Source: an uncultured Eubacteriales bacterium (lineage in GTDB: Bacteria > Bacillota > Clostridia > TANB77 > CAG-508). Taken from it: 64,000 nt of DNA. The DNA lies in assembly GCA_949288175.1 (NCBI GenBank), contig CASEIV010000012.1:15616-79615 (forward strand), read 5' to 3'. Shown piece after piece: positions 40,181 through 49,830 of the stretch; position 1 is the stretch's first letter, and every line of letters starts with the position of its first letter. The notes under the pieces are model-generated. The model was given only the letters and a program-made list of their open reading frames with translations, had not been told where the DNA came from and did not search any database. Made by a program: the position numbers and the translations under genes.

Positions 40181-42799
40181 ATGTGGGAAACACTTATAAA
40201 AGAAGAGGTTGAAAAAACACTTAACACAGATTTTAATAAAGGATTAAGTGATAATGAAGTTTTAAAGAGACAAAATCAATATGGTAAAAACGAATTACAA
40301 AATAGTAAAAAAGAAGGAATCATTGTTAAATTTTTCAAACAGTTTAATGATTTTATGATTATTATCCTAATAATGGCATCTATTGTATCAGCAGGTGTAT
40401 CGTGGTATCAGGGAGAAAATGACTATATGGATTCTATCATTATTATAGCCATTGTTGTGCTAAATGCCATGATGGGAGTCTTGCAAGAAGCAAAAGCAGA
40501 AAAATCAATTGAAAGTTTGAAAAAAATGACACCACAAATGTCAAAAGTCATTCGAAATGGAAAAGAAATAGAAATTCCGTCAGAAACTTTAACAGTGGGA
40601 GATATTGTTATCTTGGAAGCAGGAAACCGTGTGCCAGCAGATTGTCGAATTATAGAAAATTTCAATTTAAAAGTAGAAGAATCTAGCCTAACAGGAGAAA
40701 CAGAACCTGTTGAAAAAAATGGAGCAGTTATTTGTAAAAAAGGAATACCATTAGGGGATATTGTGAATATGGTATTTATGGGAAGTACGGTTGTCAATGG
40801 ACATGCAAAAGTTGTGGTGACAGAAATTGGAATGGATACAAAGGTTGGAAAAATCGCCAATATGATTATCGAAAATGAATCACCAGAAACACCAATTCAA
40901 AAGAAATTAAATCAAGTAGGAAAAATATTAGGTGTCATTTGTTTACTGATTTGCTTAGTGATTTTTGTCATAGGGATTATCAAAAAAATACCACCAATGG
41001 AAATGTTTATGACTTCTGTTGGATTGGCTGTTGCGGCAATACCAGAAGGATTACCAGCAATTGTTACGATTATGCTATCAATTGGTGTGACCAAAATGGC
41101 AAAGCGAAATAGTATTATTCGAAAATTACCAGCAGTTGAAACATTAGGAAGTAGTAATGTGATTTGCTCAGACAAAACAGGAACATTAACACAAAATAGA
41201 ATGAAGGTTGTAGAAATCAAAGCAGAAAATCCCAATTTTGCAATGGAATTAGCAAGTATGTGTACAGATAGTAAGATAGAAGTAAAAAGTGGGAAAGTGG
41301 AAGTAGTGGGAGAACCGACAGAAATGGCATTAGTAGAAACTGCCTATATCAATAAATTGAACAAAAACAAACTATACCAAACTATGCCAAGAGTGAATGA
41401 AATTCCATTTGATTCAACCAGAAAAATGATGACAACCATACATACATTAGAAAATGGAAAATATAGGGTGATAACCAAAGGGGCACCAGATGTATTATTA
41501 AACAGATGTATTGGAATACAGAAAGAAAAAGTGTTAAAAGAAAATGAGAAAATGGCTAATAAGGCTTTACGAGTAATTGCCGTAACATATAAAGATGTGG
41601 AGCAGTTACCAAGTAAAATAGAAAGTAGTAGCATTGAAAATAATTTAAATTTTGTAGGACTTATTGGGATGATAGACCCTCCAAGAGAAGGTGTGAAAGA
41701 GGCAGTAAAAACCTGCAAAAAAGCAGGAATAAAAACAGTCATGATAACAGGAGACCATATTGCAACTGCAAAAGCCATTGCAGAAAAGATAGGGATATTT
41801 TCTAAAAACGATAAAGCAATCACAGGAGAAGAACTAGATAAACTAAATCAAGAAAAGTTTGAAAGAGAAATTCAAAACTATACCGTTTTTGCAAGAGTGA
41901 CCCCTGAGCATAAAGTGAGAATTGTAAAAGCATGGCAAAAAAAAGGTGCAGTTGTAGCAATGACAGGAGATGGTGTAAACGATAGTCCAGCATTAAAAAG
42001 TGCAGATATTGGAATTGCGATGGGAAAAGGTGGAACAGATGTTGCGAAAAATGCAGCAGATATGATTTTAGTAGATGACAATTTTGTAACGATTGTAGAT
42101 GCTGTGAAACAAGGAAGAAATATTTATGATAATATTAGAAAAGCCATTCATTTTCTAATTGCGACAAATATAGGAGAAATTGTAACCATTTTTATGGGAT
42201 TGGTCTTAGGACTTCAATCACCATTACTGGCTATACAATTACTATGGATCAATTTAGTGACAGATTCTTTACCTGCAATTGCCATAGGATTAGAACCACC
42301 TGAAAAAGACATTATGGAAAGAAAACCAGTGGATTCGAAAAAAGGAATATTTGCAGATGGATTATGGAGTAAAATCGTATTAGAAGGTATTATGATAGGC
42401 ATGCTTACATTAATTGCATTTAGTATCGGAAATAAATATTATGGAGTAGAAGTTGGAAGAACAATGGCATTTATTAGTATGGGATTATTAGAGCTTGTCC
42501 ACAGTTTTAACATAAAAAGTGAAAAATCCATTTTTAAAGTTGGGATATTAGAAAATAAATTCTTAATAGGAAGCTTTATACTTGGGATTTTTGTACAGAC
42601 AATTGTTGTATTTATTCCAGCTTTAGCCAATATATTTAATGTAACGAATTTGACTTCGACACAATGGATGATAACATTAGGTATTTCTATATTGCCAATA
42701 CCAATTATGGAATTACAGAAACAAATCAATAAAATGAGCGCAAAAAAAGAAAAGAAAATATTGATAAAACAGCTAACACATGAGGAAAACAAGATATAA
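40181..42799 (+). CDS. Calcium-translocating P-type ATPase (PMCA/SERCA-like, P2-type)
   Basis: 'CSDKTGTLTQN' phosphorylation motif, 'TGDGVNDSPALK' hinge, ten TM segments. Confidence 0.85.
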   Translation: MWETLIKEEVEKTLNTDFNKGLSDNEVLKRQNQYGKNELQNSKKEGIIVKFFKQFNDFMIIILIMASIVSAGVSWYQGENDYMDSIIIIAIVVLNAMMGVLQEAKAEKSIESLKKMTPQMSKVIRNGKEIEIPSETLTVGDIVILEAGNRVPADCRIIENFNLKVEESSLTGETEPVEKNGAVICKKGIPLGDIVNMVFMGSTVVNGHAKVVVTEIGMDTKVGKIANMIIENESPETPIQKKLNQVGKILGVICLLICLVIFVIGIIKKIPPMEMFMTSVGLAVAAIPEGLPAIVTIMLSIGVTKMAKRNSIIRKLPAVETLGSSNVICSDKTGTLTQNRMKVVEIKAENPNFAMELASMCTDSKIEVKSGKVEVVGEPTEMALVETAYINKLNKNKLYQTMPRVNEIPFDSTRKMMTTIHTLENGKYRVITKGAPDVLLNRCIGIQKEKVLKENEKMANKALRVIAVTYKDVEQLPSKIESSSIENNLNFVGLIGMIDPPREGVKEAVKTCKKAGIKTVMITGDHIATAKAIAEKIGIFSKNDKAITGEELDKLNQEKFEREIQNYTVFARVTPEHKVRIVKAWQKKGAVVAMTGDGVNDSPALKSADIGIAMGKGGTDVAKNAADMILVDDNFVTIVDAVKQGRNIYDNIRKAIHFLIATNIGEIVTIFMGLVLGLQSPLLAIQLLWINLVTDSLPAIAIGLEPPEKDIMERKPVDSKKGIFADGLWSKIVLEGIMIGMLTLIAFSIGNKYYGVEVGRTMAFISMGLLELVHSFNIKSEKSIFKVGILENKFLIGSFILGIFVQTIVVFIPALANIFNVTNLTSTQWMITLGISILPIPIMELQKQINKMSAKKEKKILIKQLTHEENKI

Positions 42800-42913
42800 A
42801 ACCAAATATATAAAAAATAGTTTTGTAAAAATAGCAAAACTATTTTTTTATTTTAGTCATATTATTGTATTCTCATGAATACAATATAGCATAAGGGTGA
42901 AGGGGGTGCTTAT

Positions 42914-43681
42914 TTGGGACAAACAATACCGAATAAATGGAAAAAGCATCTTGTATTAGTAGAATTTGGACTAAAAAAACGAGAGGATTTAGAAAATGAG
43001 ATTCATCGATATCCTGCTTTTCATATAAATACACTCATTAGCGATATAGAAAGAAAATTAAAATCCAACCCCAATAGTGGTATATATATTATTTCTTCTA
43101 TTCCTTCACATGATTGTTTTAAACTTCCTAATGTTTGTATTGCATCTCTTGAAGACTTAGAAGTATTTAAAACAAATTTAGATAATCATTTTTTTGATAA
43201 ATTTACAGAGGTTTGGTATTGTAAAAAGCCTTTCCAAAATGGACATGATGTAATAACAGGAAGAATTGCTTTAGACAATAGAAAAGGGTTAAATACCATT
43301 CAATATAGCCATACTGTAGAACAAGTATGGAATTGTAGTCATAGAGAAATTGAAAAATTCAATAAAAATTCTAATGCTATTTATTTGCGTGCTTCTAGAG
43401 AAAGCTGGGGAAGACGTTATCATATTGATGCATTAAACCTACCATCTAAGGAGGATAAAGCTAGAGTAATAAATGGTTTTACACAAATAGTTAGAGGAAT
43501 TGAATCTCATAGAGAAAAAATAGAAGGATTTGAAAATTATTTAAAAGAGTTAGAAATTGATGAACTTTGCCTAGAATATATGTTTTCACAAAAAGGTTTT
43601 TGCTTTATTGATTGGGATACAAGCAATGATAAAAAAGTCATAGATAGTGTATTTCCTGCAAAAGAAAAAAGTATTTATTAA
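42914..43681 (+). CDS. Hypothetical protein (255 aa), first gene of a 3-gene operon
   Basis: An ORF with a TTG start preceded by a GAAGGGGGTG RBS. No family was recognised. Confidence 0.4.
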   Translation: MGQTIPNKWKKHLVLVEFGLKKREDLENEIHRYPAFHINTLISDIERKLKSNPNSGIYIISSIPSHDCFKLPNVCIASLEDLEVFKTNLDNHFFDKFTEVWYCKKPFQNGHDVITGRIALDNRKGLNTIQYSHTVEQVWNCSHREIEKFNKNSNAIYLRASRESWGRRYHIDALNLPSKEDKARVINGFTQIVRGIESHREKIEGFENYLKELEIDELCLEYMFSQKGFCFIDWDTSNDKKVIDSVFPAKEKSIY

Positions 43682-43695
43682 AATGAGGTTTTGGT

Positions 43696-44220
43696 ATGTT
43701 ATATGTGATTAGACATGGTGAAACAGATTGGAATTTAAAAAATAAAATCCAAGGGCGAGTAGATATCCCATTAAATGAATTTGGGATTCAACAAGCAAAT
43801 ATGTCTAAAATTTTATTATATCAAATCAATTTCTATAAAATTATTTCATCACCCTTAATCCGTGCCAAAAAAACAGCAGAGATTATTAGCAATCAGCAAA
43901 CTCCTGTTATGACAGATTTTAGACTTATCGAAAGAGATTTTGGAGAATTTGAAGGATTAAGCAAAGAAGATTTTGATTGTTCTTCCTTTTGGAATTATTT
44001 ACTTAATTGTCATTATGATAAAGCAGAGACTGTTCAGCAATTGTTAAATCGTGTTTACAATTTTTTAGATGAATATAAAGAAATGTATGAAAAAAAGAAT
44101 GTATTATTAGTAACACATTCTGGAGTCATTCCAGCAATTTGTTGTTACTTTAAAGGAATCCCTAAAAATAACAATATATTTACTTATCATTTTAAAACTT
44201 GTGAAATTATAAAATTTTAG
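43696..44220 (+). CDS. Histidine phosphatase family protein (phosphoglycerate-mutase-like)
   Basis: 'VIRHGETDWN' RHG catalytic motif and a later 'VTHSG' motif. Confidence 0.75.
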   Translation: MLYVIRHGETDWNLKNKIQGRVDIPLNEFGIQQANMSKILLYQINFYKIISSPLIRAKKTAEIISNQQTPVMTDFRLIERDFGEFEGLSKEDFDCSSFWNYLLNCHYDKAETVQQLLNRVYNFLDEYKEMYEKKNVLLVTHSGVIPAICCYFKGIPKNNNIFTYHFKTCEIIKF

Positions 44221-44223
44221 TTA

Positions 44224-45822
44224 TTGGAGGGATTTTTTTTGCAGAAAAATATTTTTGATAAGCCTTACAAATATATACAAGAAATTGTTACAAAAGTTAA
44301 AATTCGTGAGGATAAATTAAAAACATTCAAAGGAAAGACAATGGCCTTTGTATTTTTTACAAAATTTTGTGATGTGCAATGTTCACACTGTTTTTTTAGA
44401 TCTGACAATGAAGGATATGATTTGCCAAGGGAACAATATGAATTTTCAGAAGAAGGGTTTGAAAAGTTTATTCAATTTATTAATGCTTCAAACAATGGAT
44501 ATTTATCTATTTTAGGAGGAGGAGAACCTTTTAAAAAATTTGAATATATTAAAGAAACAATCAAAAGAGCAAAAACAGATAGGATTGTGATTGTGACAAG
44601 TGGTATGTGGGGAGCTGATGAAAATACTTGTAAAAATATGATTTGTGAAATGTATGAAGCATTATGCCAAAGAAAAACACCAACAAAAGTTGTTCTTAGA
44701 ATCAGTATGGATAAATGGCATATAGCTAAAATTGGAATTGACTGTATTTATCACATTATTGATGTATTTAAAAATTTTTTTGCAGATAAAGAAAATTTTG
44801 AATTACAATTACATACCCTAACGGGAGATAATTCAATTGAAAAAGTAATGAAACATTATTCTGGATGTACAAGAACAGATGGACAAAAATATGTATCAGA
44901 TAATGAAGAAATTCTGAAAATTGGATTATATCGATATGACTTGCATTTCCCAGATAAGTACAAAATTAGTGTCGGAATTGCTCAGATATTTCACTCTAAT
45001 TTAAAAGTTAATTTAAAAAATCCCAATATTGACTTAGAACAATTAATCACACTTTTTGATAATGATATGCAATATAATTCTTTTAGTAATCCTTCACTAG
45101 TAAAAAACAAAAATGATGAATGGGGATTAGATTTCTTGATTAGTTATAATGGAAATATAGCTACATGGGGAAATGAGCAGTTATATGGGTTAAATAATAT
45201 ATACACAGAATCCTATAAGGATATTATTTCTAATATATATACGAATATCATTTCTTATTCTTTATTAGATAAAGGCTATTTTTATCGAACCCAAATAATT
45301 AGTGAAGTTAACCCATTAGCTGTACTTAGATCGAAAGCAATTCATATTAGAGATTATGCAGGAGCTTCTATTTTAGAAGAGAATCATACCGTTTTGTATT
45401 ATGCAATTAGAGTTATCCAAGACTATTTAGAAGAAAATATATTAACTTTAGAAGAAATAGATGGACTGTCAAAAGAATTGTTAAATATGATAAAAAGTAG
45501 AAAATATATTGTGAAAAAATGGTATAAAAATGCTTCATATTCTATTATTATGCAATACATGGAAAAAACAATTTTTGATGAAAATGAATGGAGAGATTTA
45601 TTTAATTTGATATATTTTGGACATTATGCGGTTTCTGAAAAACAAATTCAAAAAGGAATACAATATTATAATATGCATGCAAGTAAGCCAATTAGCAAAT
45701 TAGATGATGTATTGGAAAATTCTAAAGAACATTATCAAAGATTAATTGAAAGATTGACATTTATGAAACCAGAGGCAAAAAGATTATGTATGGAGAATTA
45801 TCAGAAATTAGAGGTGATATAA
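44224..45822 (+). CDS. Radical SAM domain protein with a large C-terminal extension of unknown function
   Basis: 'CDVQCSHC' (CxxxCxxC) plus 'ILGGGEPF' SAM-binding motif. No SPASM cysteines were seen in the C-terminal about 300 aa. Confidence 0.6.
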   Translation: MEGFFLQKNIFDKPYKYIQEIVTKVKIREDKLKTFKGKTMAFVFFTKFCDVQCSHCFFRSDNEGYDLPREQYEFSEEGFEKFIQFINASNNGYLSILGGGEPFKKFEYIKETIKRAKTDRIVIVTSGMWGADENTCKNMICEMYEALCQRKTPTKVVLRISMDKWHIAKIGIDCIYHIIDVFKNFFADKENFELQLHTLTGDNSIEKVMKHYSGCTRTDGQKYVSDNEEILKIGLYRYDLHFPDKYKISVGIAQIFHSNLKVNLKNPNIDLEQLITLFDNDMQYNSFSNPSLVKNKNDEWGLDFLISYNGNIATWGNEQLYGLNNIYTESYKDIISNIYTNIISYSLLDKGYFYRTQIISEVNPLAVLRSKAIHIRDYAGASILEENHTVLYYAIRVIQDYLEENILTLEEIDGLSKELLNMIKSRKYIVKKWYKNASYSIIMQYMEKTIFDENEWRDLFNLIYFGHYAVSEKQIQKGIQYYNMHASKPISKLDDVLENSKEHYQRLIERLTFMKPEAKRLCMENYQKLEVI

Positions 45823-45862
45823 GATATGTTACTATTATTTAGCACTGAGCAATAATGAATAA

Positions 45863-46075
45863 AGAGTTACAGTTCAGACTCAAAGGCTCGAAAGGTTACG
45901 TATATCATTTTTTATACCTTGTGTGTCGCAACCACTGATGTTGAAAAATAGATTTTAAATAGTCTTAAATAGATTTAATCCTATCTAAAATCTATTTTCA
46001 ACGAAAGAAGGTTGCTCCAATCGCACTCGCTTTTGCTCGTTTGATCGCTTACGCGGTATTTCAAAATGATAGAAT
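45863..46075. repeat. Nested palindromic element, family A copy 3. Left outer arm and core are present; the right outer arm is absent or diverged.
   Basis: CAGACTCAAAGGCTCGAAAGGTTACG... plus the core is about 95% identical to 572-798. It ends ...CGCGGTATTTCAAAATGATAGAATGATTG without the matching right arm. Confidence 0.75.
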
Positions 46076-46137
46076 GATTGACGAATAAAAAATATAAGTA
46101 TAGAATAATGTTATAAAATATACGAGGAGGATAAAGC

Positions 46138-46662
46138 GTGAAAAAAATAGCGGTAAGTGTTATAAAATTAATTATAATCAATATCATTCTCAATTTAATC
46201 ATTAATGTAGCAAAATTTTTACTTGATATAGAGATAAATGAAATTGTTGCATATATAATTTATTTTGTAGAAAATGTAATTATTTTATTTATAGGTGTAA
46301 AAATTTTATGGCAAAAGTTCAATGTAGAAACTGTAAAAAAAATTGCATACATTCTTGCTACAGTTTTAGTATTATATAATATTTTTAGTGTGGCAATGTC
46401 AATAACAGAATATGAAAAATATTTATCAAATATCAATTCACAAAATGATATGATAAACTATAGTTCTTCTGAACAATTACAAGAAGCGATAGAGCAGGAG
46501 AGAGAAGCTGAAAAGGATGCCTATTATGCTTTATTAATTAGGTCAAATGGTGTAATTTATAATATAATCATTATTGTATTATATTGTATTGTAGCACCAA
46601 AATGGTTTAAATCACAAAAGCAAGAAGTGCAAGATAATAAATATGATTTTTATAAAGACTAG
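46138..46662 (+). CDS. Hypothetical membrane protein
   Basis: GTG start after an AGGAGG RBS, and multiple hydrophobic helices. Confidence 0.4.
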   Translation: MKKIAVSVIKLIIINIILNLIINVAKFLLDIEINEIVAYIIYFVENVIILFIGVKILWQKFNVETVKKIAYILATVLVLYNIFSVAMSITEYEKYLSNINSQNDMINYSSSEQLQEAIEQEREAEKDAYYALLIRSNGVIYNIIIIVLYCIVAPKWFKSQKQEVQDNKYDFYKD

Positions 46663-46881
46663 TGTGAATAAGACTAAATAAAATGGATAATGTAGAAGTC
46701 AAAAATACATGAAAAAACAGAAAAATATATTGCATTATGAAAAAAAATATGATAAAATAGCTGTGCTTTAAAGGTAGCATAGCTATTTTTACATTATAGC
46801 AAATAACATTTCCTATAATGTAAAAAGAACAAATCTCGACTTGTGAAAAACACAGGTTATAAATCCATAGGGAGGTGAAAG

Positions 46882-47169
46882 ATGATGAATAAATACGAAA
46901 GTATTATCATTGTTAATCCAAATGTTGATGAAGCAGGTTTAAAAGCTTTAGAAGAAAAATTTACAGGATTAATCAATGAAAATGGTAAAGTAGAATCAGT
47001 TGAAAACATGGGAAAAAGAAAATTAGCTTATGATATCAAAAAATTCAAAGAAGCTACATATATGTTATTCAACTTTGAAGCAAAACCAGAATTAATAGCT
47101 GAACTTGAAAGAGTTTACAGAATTACAGATGACATTATAAAATTTATTACAGTAAAAGTAGAAAAATAA
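46882..47169 (+). CDS. rpsF: 30S ribosomal protein S6
   Basis: S6 family sequence. The rpsF-ssb-rpsR order matches the known operon. Confidence 0.9.
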   Translation: MMNKYESIIIVNPNVDEAGLKALEEKFTGLINENGKVESVENMGKRKLAYDIKKFKEATYMLFNFEAKPELIAELERVYRITDDIIKFITVKVEK

Positions 47170-47230
47170 GAAAAAAGAAATACTAAATAAAGAAGGGGCC
47201 TTTATTTAAAGTAAAGAAAGGTGATAAGAT

Positions 47231-47662
47231 ATGAATAAAGTAATTTTAATGGGAAGATTAACAAGAGATCCAGAAACAAGATATACACAAACAAGTAATA
47301 CATTAGTATCTTCATTTAGTCTAGCAGTTAATAGAAGATTTGTAAGACAAGGAGAAGAAAGACAAGCAGATTTTATTAACATTGTTGCATGGAGTAAATT
47401 AGGAGAATTTTGTAGCAAATACTTTAAGAAAGGTCAACAAGTAGGTGTTATTGGAAGAATTCAAACAAGAACTTGGGATGATGACCAAGGACAAAAACAT
47501 TATGTGACAGAAGTTGTAGCAGAAGAAGCATATTTTGCTGATAGTAAAAGAGATGGTGAAACATCAAATAATACAGCTTTTGAAAATACATTTGGAAATA
47601 CAGCACCTGGAAGTATGGGAGCAGATTTTGAAATGTCTTCAAGTGATGACCTACCATTCTAA
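47231..47662 (+). CDS. ssb: Single-stranded DNA-binding protein
   Basis: OB-fold N-terminus and C-terminal acidic tail 'DDLPF'. Confidence 0.9.
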   Translation: MNKVILMGRLTRDPETRYTQTSNTLVSSFSLAVNRRFVRQGEERQADFINIVAWSKLGEFCSKYFKKGQQVGVIGRIQTRTWDDDQGQKHYVTEVVAEEAYFADSKRDGETSNNTAFENTFGNTAPGSMGADFEMSSSDDLPF

Positions 47663-47685
47663 TTTGTTAGGGGGGAAAATAGAAA

Positions 47686-47964
47686 ATGGCAGATAAAAAA
47701 CAAAATAAAAGAAATAATAAAAACTATGATGAGGATTACAATCCAAGATTCAGAAAACAAAGAAAAAAAGTATGTTTATTATGTAGTGATAAAAACTTTG
47801 TTTTAGATTATAAAAATCCAGAACAATTAAGAAAATTTATCAGTGATAAAGGTAAAATCTTACCTAGAAGAAATACTGGAATGTGTGCTAAACATCAAAG
47901 AGATATTACACTTGCTATTAAAAGAGCAAGACACATTGCTTTCTTACCATATGCACAAAAATAA
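47686..47964 (+). CDS. rpsR: 30S ribosomal protein S18
   Basis: '[29 protein letters not shown]'. Confidence 0.9.
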   Translation: MADKKQNKRNNKNYDEDYNPRFRKQRKKVCLLCSDKNFVLDYKNPEQLRKFISDKGKILPRRNTGMCAKHQRDITLAIKRARHIAFLPYAQK

Positions 47965-48150
47965 TAAGTGTTTAAGATTATCAAAAAAGACTAGAAGTAT
48001 CAAAGCTTCTAGTCTTTTTCCTATACAATTTTGACATTATAACACAATTAGGTGAGAAAATAAAGAATTTCTTGCTAAATTATGTAAAATATAGTAAAAT
48101 AGAGTTACAATTCACTGTTTTATATAGAAATTAATCAGAAGGTTAATATA

Positions 48151-48305
48151 TAAATATTTTTAAAGTTTCTCGGTTTTCCTTCATTATGTTTAACAAATTC
48201 TAACGATAAAGCCATAACAATACCCGGAAACAGGACCCTTTATGGCTTTATCTTAAGAATTTGTAAAACAATTTCGGTCACATTCGAATTCTTTAAAAAT
48301 ATTTA
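48151..48305. repeat. Nested palindromic element (family D): outer IR TAAATATTTTTAAAG / CTTTAAAAATATTTA, inner IR ATAAAGCCATAA / TTATGGCTTTAT
   Basis: The inverted repeats were read directly. It is intergenic, upstream of the ynbB-like gene. Confidence 0.6.
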
Positions 48306-48438
48306 TATATTAACATTTTATAAAATACTAATGGCTGTAAATTATAAAAAAATAGAAATGTTATGAAAACATAAATCATATTTATAAGAAAAAGTATTGA
48401 AAAATAAATTAACAAATAAATAGGGGGAAAAGATAAAC

Positions 48439-49674
48439 ATGAACAAAGAGTTATTAGAATTAGCAAGAGAAGTAGAAAAAAAGGTAGAACCACAATTTAA
48501 GAAAATGGATGACATTTGTAGTAAAAATAGTATAAAAGTCATTGAAGCTTTTCAAGAATGCAATTTACAAGAAATGCATTTAGCAACTTCAACAGGATAT
48601 GGAATTGACGAAGTAGGAAGAAATAAAATAGAAGAAATCTATGCGAAGGTATTTAAAGCAGAAGATAGTTTAGTAAGAGCACAATTTATATCAGGAACAC
48701 ATGCTCTAGCAATTACCTTGTCTGCTTTATTACGTCCAAATGATACCATGATTAGTATAACAGGAGCACCATATGATACGTTACAAACTGTTATTGGGAT
48801 TGGAAAAGAAGTAAGTGAAAGTTCTTTAAAGGCTTTTGGAATACACTATGAACAAATTGAATTAGTGAACAATGATTTTGACATAGAAACCATAAAAGAA
48901 AGATTATCAAAACATGATGTTAAATTAGTAGAAATCCAAAGGTCAAGAGGATATTCTACAAGAGAAAGTTTAACAATAGAAAAAATAGAAAAAGCAATAC
49001 AAGCCATAAGAGAAGTTAATAAAGATGTTATTATCATGGTAGATAACTGTTATGGAGAATTTGTACAAGATAGAGAGCCAATAGAAGTAGGAGCAGATAT
49101 TGCAGTAGGGTCATTGATGAAAAACTTAGGAGCTGGAATTGCCACAAGTGGAGCATATATTGTAGGAAAAGAAAATTTAATTCAATTATGTGCAGAAAGA
49201 TTAACAGCACCAGGAATTGGAAAAGAAATTGGTCCATCATTAAATCAAAATACGAATTTATTAAAAGGACTATTTTTTGCACCACAAGTAGTAGCAAGTA
49301 GTGTTAAAACAGCCATATTTGCAAGTTGCATTTTAGAAGAATTAGGATATACAGTAGAACCTAAATATAATGATGAAAGAGCAGATATCGTACAAACCAT
49401 TCATCTAGGAACAGCTGAAAAACTAATCAAATTCTGTCAAGGAATACAAAAAGGATCTCCAATAGACTCATGTGTTACACCAGAACCAAGTCCAATGGGA
49501 GGATATGAAGATGAAGTTATCATGGCAGCAGGAACATTTACAGAAGGCTCAACCATTGAACTTAGTTGTGATGGACCAATTAGAGAACCATATATTGCAT
49601 ATATGCAAGGTGGATTAACTTATGACTATGGGAAATATGGTATATTAAAAGCAATAGAAGAAATGAAAAAATAA
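48439..49674 (+). CDS. PLP-dependent 'aluminium resistance' family protein (YnbB-like, Cys/Met metabolism PLP-enzyme fold)
   Basis: N-terminal pattern 'ELAREVEKKVEPQFKKMDDICSKNSIKVIEAFQE...' and overall size. Confidence 0.55.
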   Translation: MNKELLELAREVEKKVEPQFKKMDDICSKNSIKVIEAFQECNLQEMHLATSTGYGIDEVGRNKIEEIYAKVFKAEDSLVRAQFISGTHALAITLSALLRPNDTMISITGAPYDTLQTVIGIGKEVSESSLKAFGIHYEQIELVNNDFDIETIKERLSKHDVKLVEIQRSRGYSTRESLTIEKIEKAIQAIREVNKDVIIMVDNCYGEFVQDREPIEVGADIAVGSLMKNLGAGIATSGAYIVGKENLIQLCAERLTAPGIGKEIGPSLNQNTNLLKGLFFAPQVVASSVKTAIFASCILEELGYTVEPKYNDERADIVQTIHLGTAEKLIKFCQGIQKGSPIDSCVTPEPSPMGGYEDEVIMAAGTFTEGSTIELSCDGPIREPYIAYMQGGLTYDYGKYGILKAIEEMKK

Positions 49675-49813
49675 TGATTGGGGATGGAGTGATGATTTTG
49701 GGGACGGAGCAAAAAATCATCATTGATGAAAATTAATTTATGATATAATTTTAAGAATTATAGAATGATGATTTTTTGCTCCGTCCCCAAAATCATCACT
49801 CCGCACCCAATCA
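49675..49813. repeat. Long palindrome (family E): 50-bp arms TGATTGGGGATGGAGTGATGATTTTGGGGACGGAGCAAAAAATCATCATT / near-perfect reverse complement, with a 39-bp AT-rich loop
   Basis: The arms differ only at CCATCC vs CCGCAC. It is intergenic between the ynbB-like gene and the HI0933-like gene. Confidence 0.8.
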
Positions 49814-49830
49814 TCAGAAAGGAAATTGTT

